Shown: positions 5,710 through 7,567 of the stretch, piece by piece
Layout: every line of letters starts with the position of its first letter
How positions within the stretch are numbered: the stretch's first letter is position 1
NCBI GenBank assembly: GCA_002794465.1
Contig: MTSL01000045.1
Coordinates: forward strand, 24,273-31,839
DNA from: Paramicrosporidium saccamoebae KSL3
Lineage: Eukaryota > Fungi > Cryptomycota
Reading direction: 5' to 3'
DNA: 7,567 nucleotides
Program-made: the position numbers and the translations under genes
The notes under the pieces: generated by a model
Database searches by the model: none
Told to the model about the DNA's origin: nothing
The model's input: the letters and a program-made list of their open reading frames with translations, nothing else

Positions 5710-7362
5710 TTACCAGCCAACATAGTACGAGTATATGCACAGGAAGATTATCAAAAAACTTGTAAAAATCGACTTTTCAGATAATACAGACATTTCAGTG
5801 TCATGACGAGCTATCTGCACTCGGAATTTGTGATAATTGGAGCCGATTATCAATTTCTTCACCCTTTTTATTTCGCAGTTGCTCGGATCAAGGGAAAATA
5901 TAGTACCCGCCTGCTTGTTCTTGAAAAGCGCTCCGTAATTACCCAAATTGGCAACACTGGCAAGTAAAAGTCGTATTCGGGCCCGTGTTTCAAGAATGCT
6001 TGTTTTTGTAAAATCTGGCCAGGGAGCCTCGCCATAACCTGCTTCCCAGCCGGAGTTATTTGTTCCATACAAGAGAACGTTTGCTTGTTTTAGAAAACAC
6101 TTTAGGTCAGTGCAAAGCACTCCTGAAGAAAATGAGATGGGGTGAGGCAGGGCCTCTACGGTGGGAATGTTATGCCGTAGCCTTCCCACGAATGAGCCGA
6201 AAAAATAGATAAAATCATGTGCGTCGTCAATCTCTTCCGGCCAATCGGACTGAAAGCGGTGCCGGTACATCAGGTAGTTTTTCCAATTACGCTGGGAGGC
6301 TGCGGGATCATCCAAATATGATCGCTGATCAGGAAACTTGTATGCAAGGTGTAGCAGTCTGGGCTTCATTATGTGCAATGAATATGCTGTTAGCTTGAAA
6401 TTTAACTTGAAAACCAATGATAATATTAGCTGAAAATACGAATCGGGAATGTTTTCAATGTTGTACTGGCGCAGGAATTTTTCGAAGAGTTTCTTAACTT
6501 TTGGCTGAGATGTACCAAGTGAATCAGATTCAGGCGATGGAATGCAGAGGACCAGTTTTGCATGCCACAAGGCGGATATTGTTGGGTGAGCATGACGTAT
6601 TGCTCGAAGGCGTCTCAAAACCTGTGCATGCGGCGCCTCCAACTGGAGACTTGGCTCCTGACGGAAAAACACTAGCTTTCTCAATGACTCTTCAGCGTCG
6701 TCGTCTGTGTTCCAGAATAATTCACGCAGAGGAGTGAGATTACAGTTACTAGCAAAGCTACTGAGCATGCGAATAATTCCGCCAAATTCCACCAGCAATA
6801 AAAGCCTTTCATTTTCGTCAAGGATTTCTGGTGACAGTACCTTGTAATATTGGCTGAGCGTGATCAATACTTCAATGTACATGTCAGATGGAATACGTTT
6901 TACGAGGATCCTGGCATATTCTATAAATTCCGAATATGTATGCACCAGTCTTTTCAAAGCCCGACAGTCGACCCTTTTGGCCTTTCCTCTATACGTAACG
7001 GTTGGCTGATATATAAGACAATATGGAGCAAATGCTTCATATAAATTGCCTTCTTGAATGACTAATGGAAGTGGAAATACCAGATCATGAAGATAGTCCT
7101 CACCAATGAAATGCTTCACCAACAATTCTGAATCTTCTTTGCTAATGTTGGTGCGATGAAACTCTGGCAAAAAGGTGAATGGCCATTTACTGGAGAGTAA
7201 CTGAACAAGAATAGTGCGGCCAGCCTCTTCATGGAGCGAAATCGACCCAAGCAGTGACTTGCATGTCCCTCCCCCGAGAGATGGGAGGGTTTTTGGAGTA
7301 AATTGGATACTAAGTGACCTGGCTAAACCAAGAACGAGCCAGCCCAAATTGCACGCATGCAT
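5710..7362 (-). CDS. Paralogue C: distant member of the same surface-protein family, 550 aa
   Basis: ORF track gives 5710-7545. The likely start is 7362 (AAAATG context; MHACNLGWLVLGLARS-LSIQFT aligns with G-LQITLT of A). Colinear motifs with A: LLSSKWPF/ILNSTDPF, LHDLVFP/LHPLLFP, LFWN/LYWN, LWHAKLV/FWHTRLV, YNIENIP/YNLELIP, WPEEI/WPSSI, LRHNIP/LKHAIP, CTDLKC/CDTVEC. Hydrophobic C-terminus SIFTSFLIIFLCIYSYYVGW. Confidence 0.85.
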   Translation of the reverse strand: MHACNLGWLVLGLARSLSIQFTPKTLPSLGGGTCKSLLGSISLHEEAGRTILVQLLSSKWPFTFLPEFHRTNISKEDSELLVKHFIGEDYLHDLVFPLPLVIQEGNLYEAFAPYCLIYQPTVTYRGKAKRVDCRALKRLVHTYSEFIEYARILVKRIPSDMYIEVLITLSQYYKVLSPEILDENERLLLLVEFGGIIRMLSSFASNCNLTPLRELFWNTDDDAEESLRKLVFFRQEPSLQLEAPHAQVLRRLRAIRHAHPTISALWHAKLVLCIPSPESDSLGTSQPKVKKLFEKFLRQYNIENIPDSYFQLILSLVFKLNFKLTAYSLHIMKPRLLHLAYKFPDQRSYLDDPAASQRNWKNYLMYRHRFQSDWPEEIDDAHDFIYFFGSFVGRLRHNIPTVEALPHPISFSSGVLCTDLKCFLKQANVLLYGTNNSGWEAGYGEAPWPDFTKTSILETRARIRLLLASVANLGNYGALFKNKQAGTIFSLDPSNCEIKRVKKLIIGSNYHKFRVQIARHDTEMSVLSEKSIFTSFLIIFLCIYSYYVGW

Positions 7363-7567
7363 TTTGAATTTTCCGTTAACACGCCAAGCCAATTTTTTCC
7401 AACACCAGCGCAACGATTGATTGTGCGCGCGGAATGATTGAAACAGGTTTAAGCATACTATCTCGTAAATAGATGCGAGCGAGAGAGAAAGTTTTGTTGT
7501 TAAACAGCATCCACTTGTCGCGTAGTGGGGATAAATAGTATGCATACATGTCTTACTGTCCCCAAAT

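Noticed and set aside
5868-7420. Short ORFs nested in or antisense to gene C (5868-6068, 6501-6737, 6850-7044, 7214-7420) and around D (4828-5034, 5185-5370, 5463-5723)
   Set aside because: Short, overlapping better-supported genes or repeats, and lacking recognisable motifs.
7363-7545. 61-aa N-terminal extension of C
   Set aside because: No counterpart in the paralogues; family alignment and the signal peptide begin at the ATG at 7362. Probably an open frame by chance, though not disproved.

Overview
A gene-dense, apparently intron-free locus that looks eukaryotic: signal peptides, a TATAAAA and an AATAAA hugging one CDS, and no rRNA, tRNA, transposase or CRISPR features seen. It holds a tandem minus-strand array of four paralogues of a protein family I cannot name: a 5' fragment at 1-178, copy A (652-2217), copy B (2650-4203) and a distant copy C (5710-7362). 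Each full copy has a short N-terminal signal peptide, a ~480-520 aa ectodomain with a shared W/P/CxxxxC core, and a C-terminal hydrophobic segment with almost no tail, which suggests a surface-anchored protein. The three close copies sit on a ~2 kb repeat unit that includes the promoter. The fragment and copy A share a 263-bp perfectly identical promoter/signal-peptide tract bounded by diverged, partly B-like sequence, consistent with recent gene conversion or unequal crossover. The array is interrupted by an oppositely oriented 181-aa gene (4832-5377) with a signal peptide, a bipartite-NLS-like (or Kex2 pro-peptide) motif and 27-28 aa ankyrin-like repeats. That gene is flanked by degenerate direct repeats, and a 4x14-bp minisatellite lies further downstream. 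My inference, untested, is a diversifying surface-antigen plus effector locus of a compact-genome eukaryotic parasite (microsporidia/Rozellomycota-like); the taxon cannot be fixed from sequence alone.
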